DNA of 64,000 nt from Minisyncoccota bacterium (GTDB lineage Bacteria > Patescibacteriota > Minisyncoccia > Phycocordibacterales > UBA9973): positions 83,586 to 147,585 of the forward strand of contig JBAYKO010000001.1 of NCBI GenBank assembly GCA_041664605.1. Direction: 5' to 3'. Below, one piece after another: positions 9,887 through 20,314 of the stretch; the first letter of the stretch is position 1; the number at the start of each line of letters is the position of its first letter. The notes beneath the pieces are model-generated. The model had not been told where the DNA came from. It did no database searches and was given only the letters and a program-made list of their open reading frames with translations. Both the position numbers and the translations under genes were made by a program.

Positions 9887-10501
9887 TTATTGACGATTTT
9901 TTAATGCATTTTTTATTGTATCACTATCAGAATATTCAAGTTCTGTGCCAGTAGAAAGTCCACGTCCTAAACTTGAAATTTTAAAAGAATATTTTTCTTG
10001 AAGTGGTGATAACATTTTTCTTATATAGATATCTGTATGTTCGCCGTGAGGATTTAAAGACATTGCAATTATTATTTCTTTTAATCCATTTTCTTTCAAA
10101 TCCTTCTCTACTCTTTGTAACAATTCTCTAATGCGAATTCTTTTCTCTGTATCTTTTTCTGTGATTGGAACAAGTCCTCCTAATATAAAATAATTTCCAC
10201 CATAAGTTCCACTTTTTTTCATACTTTCATAATCAGCGTCTTTTTCAATAACCATAAGTAGTGATTTGTCTGTATTTTTTCCAATACATATTTCACAAAA
10301 TTCTCTATCAGGATATTCGAAGTGCTTAAAACACATTTTACATTGAGAAGTTTGTTTTTTTAATTCAGAAATTAGATGCGTGAGTTCACTCACATAATCT
10401 TTATTTGAGGATAAAAGAAAATAAACAAAACGCTTGGCTTGCCTTTCGCCAATTCCGGGGAATTTTGCAAAATATTGAGATAGTTTATCGATTGGATTCA
10501 C
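9887..10501 (-). CDS. recR: Recombination protein RecR
   Basis: FPGIGERQAKR HhH, C4 zinc finger, Toprim domain, GTELEY; GTG start at 10501 supplied by the upstream element. Confidence 0.95.
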   Translation of the reverse strand: MNPIDKLSQYFAKFPGIGERQAKRFVYFLLSSNKDYVSELTHLISELKKQTSQCKMCFKHFEYPDREFCEICIGKNTDKSLLMVIEKDADYESMKKSGTYGGNYFILGGLVPITEKDTEKRIRIRELLQRVEKDLKENGLKEIIIAMSLNPHGEHTDIYIRKMLSPLQEKYSFKISSLGRGLSTGTELEYSDSDTIKNALKNRQ

Positions 10502-10640
10502 CCCATTAGAAATAGGAAACAATCAAACGACTGTTTGTTTGATTGTTTCCATAGCTTATTAATTGTTTTGATAAATTTATCGATTTCATTTTTTATATAA
10601 TTTTTATTTTAATATCTTAACTGATAGATTTCTAACGGGA
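10501..10640 (-). mobile_element. Start-codon-targeted TIR mini-element (CCCGTTAGAAAT type), 140 bp, at recR
   Basis: aTGAG|TCCCGTTAGAAAT...ATTTCTAATGGGG|TGAA; internal 27-aa ORF at 10506-10589. Confidence 0.85.
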
Positions 10641-10660
10641 CTCATGGCTGATTTTGTAAA

Positions 10661-10696
10661 ATTCATTCTAAAGTTCTATAGAACTTTAGAATGAAT
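10661..10696. repeat. Perfect 36-bp palindrome between dnaB and recR
   Basis: ATTCATTCTAAAGTTCTA|TAGAACTTTAGAATGAAT. Confidence 0.85.
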
Positions 10697-10710
10697 GAAT
10701 TTATTTTCTT

Positions 10711-12105
10711 CTAGAAGTCTTCTAAACTCATACTACTACTCCCATTCATTGCTGGATTGCTTACATTGGTATTTTTTTCAACTGAAAGGAAACTTGTAGT
10801 TTTTTCATCAAAATAAAGTTCAATTTTTCCAATAGGGCCGTTTCTGTGTTTTTCTACTAGAATTTCTGCGATATTTTGTCTGTCAGAATCTTCTTTAAAT
10901 CTATCCTCTCTGTGAATAAACATAACAACATCGGCATCTTGTTCAATAGATCCAGAATCTCTCAAATCAGAGAGTTTTGGGCGTCCTCCGCGGGTTTCTA
11001 TGGCACGGGAAAGCTGGGATAGGGCAAGAACAGGGACATCAAGTTCACGAGCAAGACCTTTTAGGGATCTTGAAATTTCAGTAATTTGGTTAACCATAGA
11101 ATCATAGTTTTTACTCGTATTCATAAGTTGTAGGTAATCAACGACAATTAATCCAAGCTTATGTTCTAGTTTAAGTTTTCTGGCAATCGAACGCATTCTT
11201 GTTATTGAGTTTGAAGGGAAGTCATCGATAAAAATTGGCGCCTTAGAAAGTCTATCTAAGGAATCTCTTAATTTTTGAAATTCATGATCAGTGGAAAGTC
11301 TTCCCGTTCTTAAATTCCATGCGTTAACATGAGCTTCGGCTGCGAGCATTCTGTCTACTAATTGCTGAGCACTCATTTCAAGAGAAAAAATTCCAACTGG
11401 AATATTATATTTTGTTGCAGCAATACGAGCAATGTCTAGAGCAAGAGTAGTTTTACCAACAGATGGTCTAGCAGCTAAAATTATTAAATCAGAATTTTGG
11501 AAACCGGAAAGGATATTATCAAGATCAGGGAAGCCAGTCGGAACTCCGCGAAGTTTTCCTTTTGACTCATGAAGCATTTCGAGACGCTCCCATGCTTCAG
11601 TTAAAGTTTCTTTTATATTTATAAATTTTTGACTTTTTGGAGATGAAATAACAGAAAATATTTTTTTCTCAGCTAAATCTAAAATCTCATCAATATCGTC
11701 TTCTCCTTCTTTAAAACCAAGTTCAGAAACATAATCAGCAGCCTCTATTAAACTTCTCATTATAAATTTTTTATAAACTGTATCAGCATAATATTTTATA
11801 TTTGTAGATGCAGGAACTGTATTTGTAAGTTCTGTTAAATATGAACTCCCACCGATTTGTTCAAGCTGTTTTTTTTCTTTTAATCTAGTCGAAACAGAAA
11901 GAAGATCAATCGGGTCTCCTTTAGCTGAAAGATCGAGCATAATTTTATAAATATTTTTATGTTTTTCCGCATAAAAAGAATCAGGGAAAATAATATCACT
12001 GATTTCATTTATTGATCCTGGTCGAAGCATAATAGAACCAAGAACGGCTTTTTCAGATTCAATACTTTGAGGAGGAATTCTTAGATTTGATTTTTGCTGA
12101 ACCAT
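10711..12105 (-). CDS. dnaB: Replicative DNA helicase
   Basis: PPQSIESEKAVLG, AARPSVGKT, VVDYLQL, DLRDSGSIEQDAD, KHRNGP; no intein. Confidence 0.98.
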   Translation of the reverse strand: MVQQKSNLRIPPQSIESEKAVLGSIMLRPGSINEISDIIFPDSFYAEKHKNIYKIMLDLSAKGDPIDLLSVSTRLKEKKQLEQIGGSSYLTELTNTVPASTNIKYYADTVYKKFIMRSLIEAADYVSELGFKEGEDDIDEILDLAEKKIFSVISSPKSQKFINIKETLTEAWERLEMLHESKGKLRGVPTGFPDLDNILSGFQNSDLIILAARPSVGKTTLALDIARIAATKYNIPVGIFSLEMSAQQLVDRMLAAEAHVNAWNLRTGRLSTDHEFQKLRDSLDRLSKAPIFIDDFPSNSITRMRSIARKLKLEHKLGLIVVDYLQLMNTSKNYDSMVNQITEISRSLKGLARELDVPVLALSQLSRAIETRGGRPKLSDLRDSGSIEQDADVVMFIHREDRFKEDSDRQNIAEILVEKHRNGPIGKIELYFDEKTTSFLSVEKNTNVSNPAMNGSSSMSLEDF

Positions 12106-12243
12106 GTCAAAAGTTTAACATAAAGAGAAGGGGAGTAAAATTCAAAATGCTCAAAAACCTGTGACTAAGATGGGGAAAGAAATATTGACAAAATAAAGTA
12201 GTCTGATATATTATAATCAGAAAGTAATTTAAATATTATTAGT

Positions 12244-12549
12244 ATGAATATAGCTGATATAGGTTTAGCTGATAAAAAATTAGAAGAATTTTTTATTGAT
12301 AGCGTTTTACCTCAAGGAATAAATGAAGGAGGAAAACCAAAATTTCCCAGGGCTGAAAAATTTATCTCTAATAAGTCTAAACAGGATATTCTTACTCTTG
12401 CCGGTCTGTTTTACGGACAATGGGGGTATAAAATTAAAAAAGGATCAATAGATTCAATCTTTTATATACATCAGGAAGAACAAAAAATTTCTTGCATCCT
12501 AATTAATCCTTATGCTGGTGGAAACATGATTGAAATTAGCTCATCTTGA
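12244..12549 (+). CDS. Orphan cassette ORF, 101 aa
   Basis: Promoter TTGACA(12185)-N16-TATATT-N6-AGAAA; hairpin and T-run ~12570-12594. Confidence 0.65.
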   Translation: MNIADIGLADKKLEEFFIDSVLPQGINEGGKPKFPRAEKFISNKSKQDILTLAGLFYGQWGYKIKKGSIDSIFYIHQEEQKISCILINPYAGGNMIEISSS

Positions 12550-12633
12550 TACCTTGGCTATACACATAGAAACCCTCGAGAAATCGGGGGTTTTAATTTT
12601 GGGAATTTAACTCAATTTTGGTATTATAAAAGG

Positions 12634-13638
12634 ATGGAAAACAAAGAAAAAATCGTTTTAACAGGGGATAGGCCAACAGGAAAGCTTCATTTGGGTCATT
12701 ATATTGGCGCCCTTATTCAAAGAGTTGAATTACAAAAGAAATATAAGCAATTTGTTATGGTGGCTGATGTTCAAGCCTTGACCGACAATGCTGATAACCC
12801 AGAAAAAGTTAGAACTAATACTTTTGAAGTTACATTAGACAATCTAGCTGTTGGAGTTGATCCATCAAAGACTACTTTTTTTATTCAATCTCAAATTCCC
12901 GAACTCGCAGAACTTACTGTTTATTTTCTAAATTTAGTAACACTAGCTCGATTAAAAAGAAATCCAACAGTTAAAGATGAAATGAAGCAGAAAGGTTTCG
13001 GTGAAGATGTGCCAGTTGGTTTTTTGTGTTATCCAATTAGCCAGGCATCGGACATTTTGTCTTTCAAAGGAAATTTAGTGCCGGTTGGAGAAGATCAAGT
13101 TCCTGTTATTGAGCAAACAAATGAAATTGCAGAAAAGTTTAATAGTTTTTATGGAGAAGTTTTTCAAAAAGCAGAACCTCTTTTAACAAAAACCTCCCGA
13201 CTTGTTGGCATAGATGGAAAAGGAAAGATGAGTAAATCATTAGACAATGCAATTTATCTAGCTGATTCATCTGAAGTGATTGAAGAAAAAGTTATGTCTA
13301 TGTACACAGACCCAGACCATATAAAAGTAGAAGACCCTGGTAAGATCGAAGGTAATGTTGTTTTCACTTACCTAGATGCATTTGATACAGATAAAAAGGG
13401 ATTGGAAGAGTTAAAAGAAAAATATCAGAAGGGTGGAGTAGGGGACGTTCTAATCAAAAAAAGATTAATTGGGGTACTGCTTGAAATTTTAAATCCGATT
13501 CGCGAAAAAAGAGAATATTTAGAAAAAGATCCAAAGTATGTAATGGATATTTTAGAAGAAGGAACAAAGAAAGCTAGGAAGGTTGTTCAAGATACGCTCA
13601 AGGAAGTAAAACAAGCAATGAAGTTAAATTATTTTTAA
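12634..13638 (+). CDS. trpS: Tryptophan--tRNA ligase
   Basis: LTGDRPTGKLHLGH, VPVGEDQ, KMSKS. Confidence 0.98.
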   Translation: MENKEKIVLTGDRPTGKLHLGHYIGALIQRVELQKKYKQFVMVADVQALTDNADNPEKVRTNTFEVTLDNLAVGVDPSKTTFFIQSQIPELAELTVYFLNLVTLARLKRNPTVKDEMKQKGFGEDVPVGFLCYPISQASDILSFKGNLVPVGEDQVPVIEQTNEIAEKFNSFYGEVFQKAEPLLTKTSRLVGIDGKGKMSKSLDNAIYLADSSEVIEEKVMSMYTDPDHIKVEDPGKIEGNVVFTYLDAFDTDKKGLEELKEKYQKGGVGDVLIKKRLIGVLLEILNPIREKREYLEKDPKYVMDILEEGTKKARKVVQDTLKEVKQAMKLNYF

Positions 13639-13659
13639 TTTTTCTTTTTTAGTAAATCT

Positions 13660-14514
13660 ATGTCTATAAAAAATAAAATTATTTTTTTTGTAATATTTTT
13701 TGTCATTCTATTTGGATTGTATACTCCGAACATTTTTGCTCAAACAGAAAACACAACCCCGGTCAATATTGGGTTTGTCCCTGGTAATATTTGGTATTCA
13801 CAAGATCCTTTTATGGAGGGTGATTTAATTAAAATTTACACACTGGTTTTTAATAATGGTAAGAACTCTATTTCAGGCACAGTTGAATTCTATGATAAAA
13901 ATGTAATTTTAGGAGATAAAAAATTTACACTTAAAGCCGGAGAAATTTTGCCAATTTATGTTGACTGGAAGGTTACTGCGGGAGATCATACTATGTCCGC
14001 AAAAATAATTGATTCTAAGATGGTTGTAAATAATACAACTGAATCTATCGTTTTAAAATATAGTCAAACAGACGAAGATGAGAGATTTGTTCCAAAAATT
14101 ATTCCTGCGAGCGAAAAAATTACAGACCAAACTAATAAACAAATAGAAAAAGTTACAAATTTTGTTTCTGAAAATACCCCTGCGTCTATAAAAGAACCTG
14201 TTATTTCAACTACAAAAAGTATTGAAGCTTTTAGAACAGATACTGCAGAAAAATTAGCTACTCAAAAAGAATCAACCCAAAAAGAAATAGAAGCTGTCGA
14301 TGAAAAAAGAGCTGAACAGTTAAAGAGTAATGGACAAGTTGATACTAGTACCAAAATAGAAAAACCACTCAAATATATAAAACTTTTTTTAATTAGTTTG
14401 TTTGCGTTTATTTTTAAAACAAAAGTAATTTTTTATCTATTAGCTCTTACTATTATTTTTTTAATTTTCAGATTTATTTTTAAGAAAATTTTCAAAAAGA
14501 AAAATGGTAAATAA
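13660..14514 (+). CDS. Secreted/membrane-anchored protein with an Ig-like (CARDB-like) domain
   Basis: Signal peptide, beta-rich domain, C-terminal TM helix and basic tail. Confidence 0.65.
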   Translation: MSIKNKIIFFVIFFVILFGLYTPNIFAQTENTTPVNIGFVPGNIWYSQDPFMEGDLIKIYTLVFNNGKNSISGTVEFYDKNVILGDKKFTLKAGEILPIYVDWKVTAGDHTMSAKIIDSKMVVNNTTESIVLKYSQTDEDERFVPKIIPASEKITDQTNKQIEKVTNFVSENTPASIKEPVISTTKSIEAFRTDTAEKLATQKESTQKEIEAVDEKRAEQLKSNGQVDTSTKIEKPLKYIKLFLISLFAFIFKTKVIFYLLALTIIFLIFRFIFKKIFKKKNGK

Positions 14515-14785
14515 GAATAATACACTATTTAGGATTCTTGCTGTAATATTTTTATTCATAAGTGTGTTATTTTTTCCTATCTGGATGACAATCCCACTTG
14601 GGATTATTTTTCTTTTTGTTTTTAATAATTTTTATGAATTTATAATACTTTCTTTGTTTAATGACTTGCTATATGGTGTGGAAGAACCAAGATTTTTCAC
14701 TATAAAATTTGTAACATTTTTAATTTCTTTAATTTTGTTTTTTGTGGTAAAAATACTGAAAAAGAAGATAAAATTTTACAGATAA
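14504..14785 (+). CDS. Small integral membrane protein upstream of mrdA
   Basis: 93 aa, strongly hydrophobic, overlaps the previous stop. Confidence 0.65.
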   Translation: MVNKNNTLFRILAVIFLFISVLFFPIWMTIPLGIIFLFVFNNFYEFIILSLFNDLLYGVEEPRFFTIKFVTFLISLILFFVVKILKKKIKFYR

Positions 14786-14796
14786 AACATTATGAG

Positions 14797-14936
14797 TCCC
14801 GCCCGAAATCAATCAGTTAATATATTTAAATAAAAATTAAAATTACAATGAAATCAATAAATTTTGGAAAACAATCAATAAATTACGGAAATGCCAAAAC
14901 AGCTACTTGTTTAGGCATTTCCTATTTCTAACGGGA
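14797..14936 (+). mobile_element. Start-codon-targeted TIR mini-element, 140 bp, at mrdA
   Basis: aTGAG|TCCCGCCCGAAATC...ATTTCTAACGGGA|TGAG; internal 27-aa ORF at 14848-14931 similar to the one in the recR copy. Confidence 0.85.
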
Positions 14937-16636
14937 TGAGAATATTCAAGAAAAAAAGAAAAATCTTTGAGATTGCTCCAGATGAAATATTTTTAGATTC
15001 AAAAAATATACCCCAATTTAATACCCAACAGATGGAGGGTAAAATTGAAAAACCAATCTCTAAAAAAACAACTGCTTTCCTGTGGTTATTTTTTCTCATA
15101 GTTATAAGTATTTTTACTTGGAAAATTTCAGCACTTCAGCTTGTAAAAGGTGAGTATTATTTTAAAAAAAGCCAAGATAACAGTTTAAATAGAAAAATTA
15201 TCTTTGCTGATAGGGGAATAATTTATGACAGGAATAATGTAAGACTTGCATGGAATAGTGAAATAATGGGTGACACTGGAGATATTAGTGAGAAATTTTT
15301 ACTTAGATCATATATAAAATCTCCAGGGTTATCTCATGTACTAGGATATGTTAGCTACCCTAAAAAAGATAAATCGGGAAATTACTGGAGAGAAGTATTT
15401 ACTGGAAAAGATGGCGTTGAAAAAAAATACGACAATATTTTAAAAGGAGAAAATGGTGAAAAACTTTTAGAAAAAGATGCCCTTAATACTATTCAGTCTG
15501 AGAGCGTTGTTAATCCATCTAAAAATGGTGATAATGTTGTTTTAAGTATTGACTCAGGAGTTCAAACAAAACTTTTTGAAGCTATAAAAAGTCTAGCAGG
15601 ATCTTCTTCTTATGTTGGTGGAGGTGGGGTTTTAATGGACATAAATAATGGAGAAATTTTAGCTATTACGAGTTACCCAGAATATGATTCCGAAATTATG
15701 TCACTAGGCAGTGATTCAAATACAATTGGAGATTATCAAAAAAGTAGTAGAAAACCATTTTTAAACAGAGCTTTAAATGTCTATGCTCCTGGATCTATTG
15801 TAAAACCCTTTATTGCTATGGGGGCATTAAATGAGCAGGTCATTGATCCATTAAAAAAAATATTAAGCACTGGATCTATTTCAATTCCTAATCCATATTT
15901 TCCAGATAAGCCATCTATTTTTAAAGACTGGAAGGCTCATGGTTGGGTAGATATGCGTCGTGCACTTGCAGTATCTTCTGACGTTTATTTTTATGAAGTT
16001 GGAGGGGGATACAAAGATCAAAAAGGTTTAGGAATTGTAAACATAGATAAGTATATGAAAATGTTTATGGTGGGAGAAAAAACTGGAGTTGATTTATATG
16101 GAGAAAATGAAGGAGTAATACCAACCCCAGAATGGAAAGAATTGAATTTTAATGGTGACCCATGGAGGGTTGGAGATACTTATCATACCTCAATTGGGCA
16201 ATATGGATTTCAGGTTTCCCCAATTCAAATGGTGCGTGCTATTTCTGCTATAGCAAATGACGGCACCCTTGTTTCTCCTCATGTTGTTTTGGGAGATAAA
16301 AATTTTGAAAATAAAACTGAAAAAATTGAATTAAATACAAGTTATTTTGATATTGTAAAAGAGGGGATGAGAGGAGTCGTAATGCCAGGAGGAACAGCTA
16401 CAATGCTTGATGTTCCTTATGTTAAAGTGGCAGCTAAAACTGGTAGTGCCCAAGTTGGAATTTCAAAAAAAAATATGCACGCCTGGGTTATAGGATTTTT
16501 CCCTTATGAAAAACCAAGATATGCTTTTGCAGTTTTAATGGAAAGTGGGCCATCTCAAGGAGCATCGGGAGCTCAATATGTAATGAGACAAGTTCTTGAT
16601 TGGATGAGTATAAATGCTCCGGAATATTTCAAGTAA
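14936..16636 (+). CDS. mrdA: Class B penicillin-binding protein (PBP2-like)
   Basis: TM anchor, RGIIYDRN, PGSIVK (SxxK), SSD (SxN variant), KTGS. Confidence 0.9.
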   Translation: MRIFKKKRKIFEIAPDEIFLDSKNIPQFNTQQMEGKIEKPISKKTTAFLWLFFLIVISIFTWKISALQLVKGEYYFKKSQDNSLNRKIIFADRGIIYDRNNVRLAWNSEIMGDTGDISEKFLLRSYIKSPGLSHVLGYVSYPKKDKSGNYWREVFTGKDGVEKKYDNILKGENGEKLLEKDALNTIQSESVVNPSKNGDNVVLSIDSGVQTKLFEAIKSLAGSSSYVGGGGVLMDINNGEILAITSYPEYDSEIMSLGSDSNTIGDYQKSSRKPFLNRALNVYAPGSIVKPFIAMGALNEQVIDPLKKILSTGSISIPNPYFPDKPSIFKDWKAHGWVDMRRALAVSSDVYFYEVGGGYKDQKGLGIVNIDKYMKMFMVGEKTGVDLYGENEGVIPTPEWKELNFNGDPWRVGDTYHTSIGQYGFQVSPIQMVRAISAIANDGTLVSPHVVLGDKNFENKTEKIELNTSYFDIVKEGMRGVVMPGGTATMLDVPYVKVAAKTGSAQVGISKKNMHAWVIGFFPYEKPRYAFAVLMESGPSQGASGAQYVMRQVLDWMSINAPEYFK

Positions 16637-16738
16637 GTTCATAAAGTTATAAAGTTCGTAAAGTTTATAAAGTAAAAAACCGCCGGTTGGCGGTTTTTAG
16701 AGTTAAAAAATTAACTTTAATTTTTGTCTAAGCAATTA

Positions 16739-17107
16739 TTAAACTGGTGACTGTGTAGCAAGAAAATCAGTAAAATCCTTTCTTATCGCATTATTTTTTA
16801 CAACCACCTTAATACCATATTTTAAAGCAAGAATTATTTCTTCTTTCATTCCATCACTGAGGATTCTCCCATAAAGCCATAATTCATCAACCATACCTCG
16901 TCTGAAATATTCAATAGCTACTTTTTTAGCTAGGTTTTTAGATATCTCATCTTTTCCCAAATATTGTCTCCAAACAAAACTTGGAAAAATTGGAATGATT
17001 TTTCCAGATAAATGTAGTTGTTTACATATCTGTATCACTTTTTTAATATTTGCTTCAATATCTCCCGATATTGTGTGAGCGATAAATACTGTTTTCATTT
17101 TTCCCAT
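16739..17107 (-). CDS. Cassette ORF, DUF4406/nucleoside deoxyribosyltransferase-like fold
   Basis: VFIAH..SGD..ANI...DELWLYG..LSDGMKEEI pattern; start MGKMKTVFI after promoter (-35 at 17159-17164). Confidence 0.6.
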   Translation of the reverse strand: MGKMKTVFIAHTISGDIEANIKKVIQICKQLHLSGKIIPIFPSFVWRQYLGKDEISKNLAKKVAIEYFRRGMVDELWLYGRILSDGMKEEIILALKYGIKVVVKNNAIRKDFTDFLATQSPV

Positions 17108-17177
17108 ATAAAAAACATTTAAACTATCTGCACAAATAATAACAAAAAATATTAATTTTGTCAAACAAAAACCGCTG

Positions 17178-17543
17178 TTAAGCGGTTTCATTTTGAATAA
17201 CTTTACGATAATCCTCTTTAGTGAAATCCCATTCCCATGAAATACCTTTTTTCTTCCATCTTCCTTTCAGATAAATTCGATAAAATCTGGTTGATGTAAA
17301 GATTACAAAGCCTGATCCTAAAATATAAGGCCAAACAATAGGTAAAATTTGAACAAAGAGAATTACACAAACCAAGGAACAAAATTGAAAAACAAAAACA
17401 ATAAAATTAAAAGGTTCATTGTCTTGTAAGCTCCTTTTTGCGTAAACAAAAGCGAAAAATAAAGAAACAATGCCCAAGATAACCAAAAGAACAAAAAGAG
17501 CATAGTCTTCAAAAGTTAAAAGATCAAAATTACAGATTTTCAT
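17178..17543 (-). CDS. Orphan cassette ORF, 3-TM membrane protein
   Basis: Promoter TTGACA(17597-17602)-N17-TAAACT-N6-AGAAG; hydrophobic segments. Confidence 0.65.
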   Translation of the reverse strand: MKICNFDLLTFEDYALFVLLVILGIVSLFFAFVYAKRSLQDNEPFNFIVFVFQFCSLVCVILFVQILPIVWPYILGSGFVIFTSTRFYRIYLKGRWKKKGISWEWDFTKEDYRKVIQNETA

Positions 17544-17659
17544 ATAATTAATATTTAACAAACTTCTGAGGGGAGTTTAGCATATTTAATATAGTTTGTC
17601 AAGTAAAAAATAATCTCAAAATCCTTTTAAATCAGGCCTAAATTTTATATAATAATAAA

Positions 17660-19108
17660 ATGCAAAATAGAATTTATATCAAAGATTTAAAAAAGGAAAT
17701 AGAAAAAGAAGTAATTTTGGCTGGTTGGGTTGATGTTAGACGCGATCAAGGTAAAATGGTTTTCTTTGATATGCGAGATATGACAGGCAAAGTTCAGTGC
17801 GTGGCGTTGCCGAATCGCGAAGAAGTAATTGGGCAGGCCAAGGAAATTCGTCCTGAATGGGTTTTGAAAATTACTGGTTTAGTAAATAAGCGTCCAGATA
17901 AAAATGTTAATCCTGAAATTTTAAATGGTGATATTGAACTTGAAGTTACAAATATTGAAGTATTAAATAAGGCCGAAGCATCACAAGTTGATTTATCTAC
18001 TGACGGATTAGAAATTGGTGAAGAGCATAGATTGAAATATCGATATTTAGATTTACGCCGAGATCGTCTACAAAAAAATATTCGTAACAGACATAAGATT
18101 GCAAAATTTATTCGTGGTTATTTAGACAAAGAAGGTTTTATTGAAATTGAAACTCCAATACTCTCAAAATCTACTGCTGAGGGTGCGAGAGATTTCATTG
18201 TTCCATCTCGTCTTGATCAAGGAAAATTCTATGCGCTTCCACAGGCTCCACAACAATATAAACAACTTCTAATGGCTTCTGGAATGGAAAAATATTTTCA
18301 GTTTGCAAAATGTATGCGTGACGAAGATTTGCGTGGCGACAGACAGCCAGAATTTACTCAACTCGATTTAGAAATGAGCTTTGTTGACCGTGAAGATGTA
18401 ATGAGCTTGAATGAGAAACTTTTAATTGAAATTGTAAAAAATCTTTATCCTGAAAAAGAAATTCAAGAGATTCCATTTCCAAGAATTACATATAAAGATG
18501 CGATTGAAAAATATGGATCTGATAGACCAGATTTAAGAAAAGATCCCGACGGACAAGCTGACGGGACAGGTAAAAATAATAAAAATCTTTTGGCTTTTTG
18601 TTGGGTGATTGATTTTCCATTTTTTGAAAAAGCAAACAAAGATAATAATCCACAAGCAGAAGGGGAATGGACATTTACCCATAATCCGTTTTCTGCAGCT
18701 CAACCGCAATTTCATGATGATTTATTAAATAAGAAAAATATTCCGGAAATTCTTACTGACCAATATGATATTATAATGAATGGTAATGAATTAGGCGGTG
18801 GTTCAATTCGAAATCATAAACCCGAAGCTCTTTTGGCAGTTTATGACATCATGGGAGTAAAAAGAGAAGAAGTTGAAAAAAATCTTTTCTATATGTTAGA
18901 AGCATTCAGGTCAGGAACTCCACCACATGGCGGAATTGCATGGGGTTTTGATCGATTTGTAATGTTACTTGAAAATGAACCAAACATTCGCGAGGTGATG
19001 GCTTTCCCAAAAAATGGAGAAGGAAAAGACTTGATGATGGATTCACCAAATGAAATTTCTGAAAAAAATCTTAAGGAATTAGGAATTAAATTAGATATAA
19101 ATAAGTAG
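17660..19108 (+). CDS. aspS: Aspartate--tRNA ligase, short form lacking most of the GAD insertion
   Basis: OB fold, RLKYRYLDLRR, ALPQAPQQYKQLLM, RDEDLRGDRQPEFTQLD, PPHGGIAWGFDR. Confidence 0.96.
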   Translation: MQNRIYIKDLKKEIEKEVILAGWVDVRRDQGKMVFFDMRDMTGKVQCVALPNREEVIGQAKEIRPEWVLKITGLVNKRPDKNVNPEILNGDIELEVTNIEVLNKAEASQVDLSTDGLEIGEEHRLKYRYLDLRRDRLQKNIRNRHKIAKFIRGYLDKEGFIEIETPILSKSTAEGARDFIVPSRLDQGKFYALPQAPQQYKQLLMASGMEKYFQFAKCMRDEDLRGDRQPEFTQLDLEMSFVDREDVMSLNEKLLIEIVKNLYPEKEIQEIPFPRITYKDAIEKYGSDRPDLRKDPDGQADGTGKNNKNLLAFCWVIDFPFFEKANKDNNPQAEGEWTFTHNPFSAAQPQFHDDLLNKKNIPEILTDQYDIIMNGNELGGGSIRNHKPEALLAVYDIMGVKREEVEKNLFYMLEAFRSGTPPHGGIAWGFDRFVMLLENEPNIREVMAFPKNGEGKDLMMDSPNEISEKNLKELGIKLDINK

Positions 19109-19152
19109 AAAATTTGTAAAGTTAAAAGCCGGATTAATCCGGCTTTTATAAA

Positions 19153-19380
19153 TTAACTCACTTTTCCATCAATAAGAAATAAATTTGTTCCTCCAGGAGT
19201 TTTTACTTCTGTAAAACTATTGTCATTTTCCCACCAATGTAATTTATTGCAGACATTACAAGGAAATGCTGATACTATTTGTTCACGCCCTTTTACATTC
19301 CTACTTAATACTGCATGTTTTTTTACATCAATGTGTCCAATACATTTCTGATCAGTACACTTTTTACTTTTTTTTGCCAT
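19153..19380 (-). CDS. Orphan cassette ORF, small Cys-rich (zinc-ribbon-like) protein
   Basis: CxxxxC...CxxC; promoter TTGACA(19439-19444)-N17-TAAGCT-N6-AGAAA. Confidence 0.65.
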   Translation of the reverse strand: MAKKSKKCTDQKCIGHIDVKKHAVLSRNVKGREQIVSAFPCNVCNKLHWWENDNSFTEVKTPGGTNLFLIDGKVS

Positions 19381-19485
19381 TACTAAAATTATTTTTTAAT
19401 TACATTTCTATAAATAGCTTATCATATTATTTATTCTTTGTCAAACATGTAAATATCTGTAAAATATTATAAAATATATACATAA

Positions 19486-20244
19486 ATGGATAAGACAGAT
19501 AGTTATCAAATTAAAACACCTATTTTTGAGGGTCCGCTGGACCTGCTTTTAAATCTTATCGAAAACAGAAAGCTTTTTGTGAATGAAATATCTTTGTCTC
19601 AGGTAACAGATGATTATATTGAATACATTAAAAATTTTCCCAAAACCGATATGGCAGAAATTTCCGGTTTTATTATTGTGGCTGCAACTTTAATTTTAAT
19701 TAAATCAAAATCTCTTTTACCAAACGTTTCTTTGACTGATGACGAAGAAGTGCAAATTAGTAATCTTGAAGATAGATTAAAAATTTATAAAACGATAAAA
19801 GATTTAAGCGTAAATATTAAAAATAATTTTGGTAAAAATATTATTTTTAATAAGTCAGATAGAGAAATAATGGAGCCAGTTTTTATGCCCGATGAAAAAA
19901 TAACGATTGAAAATTTATCTGGTCTTATAAGAAGCGTAATAGATAATTTACCTAAAAAAGAAATTTTACAAAAAGTATCAGTTAAAAAAGTTATAAGTAT
20001 AGAAGAGATGATAAATAGCCTGACTGATAGAATACAATCAAATCTAAAAACAAGTTTTAAAGAATTATCAAAAAATAATAATGGGTCGCCGGAAATGGTT
20101 AAAGAAAACAAAATTTATGTTATTGTAAGTTTCCTAGCCATTCTTGAATTAGTGAGACAAGGAGTGGTGGCAGTAATGCAAGATAATAATTTTGATGATA
20201 TTCAGATCGAAAAAAGTGAAATATTAATAACTGAGAATTTATAA
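19486..20244 (+). CDS. scpA: Segregation/condensation protein A
   Basis: FEGPLDLLL...IKSKSLLP...SFLAILEL. Confidence 0.95.
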   Translation: MDKTDSYQIKTPIFEGPLDLLLNLIENRKLFVNEISLSQVTDDYIEYIKNFPKTDMAEISGFIIVAATLILIKSKSLLPNVSLTDDEEVQISNLEDRLKIYKTIKDLSVNIKNNFGKNIIFNKSDREIMEPVFMPDEKITIENLSGLIRSVIDNLPKKEILQKVSVKKVISIEEMINSLTDRIQSNLKTSFKELSKNNNGSPEMVKENKIYVIVSFLAILELVRQGVVAVMQDNNFDDIQIEKSEILITENL

Positions 20245-20314
20245 GTTTATAAAGTAAAAATTATGAATAATATTTTGTCATTTTGCAAAATGACAAAATA
20301 TTAAATAAAAAACT

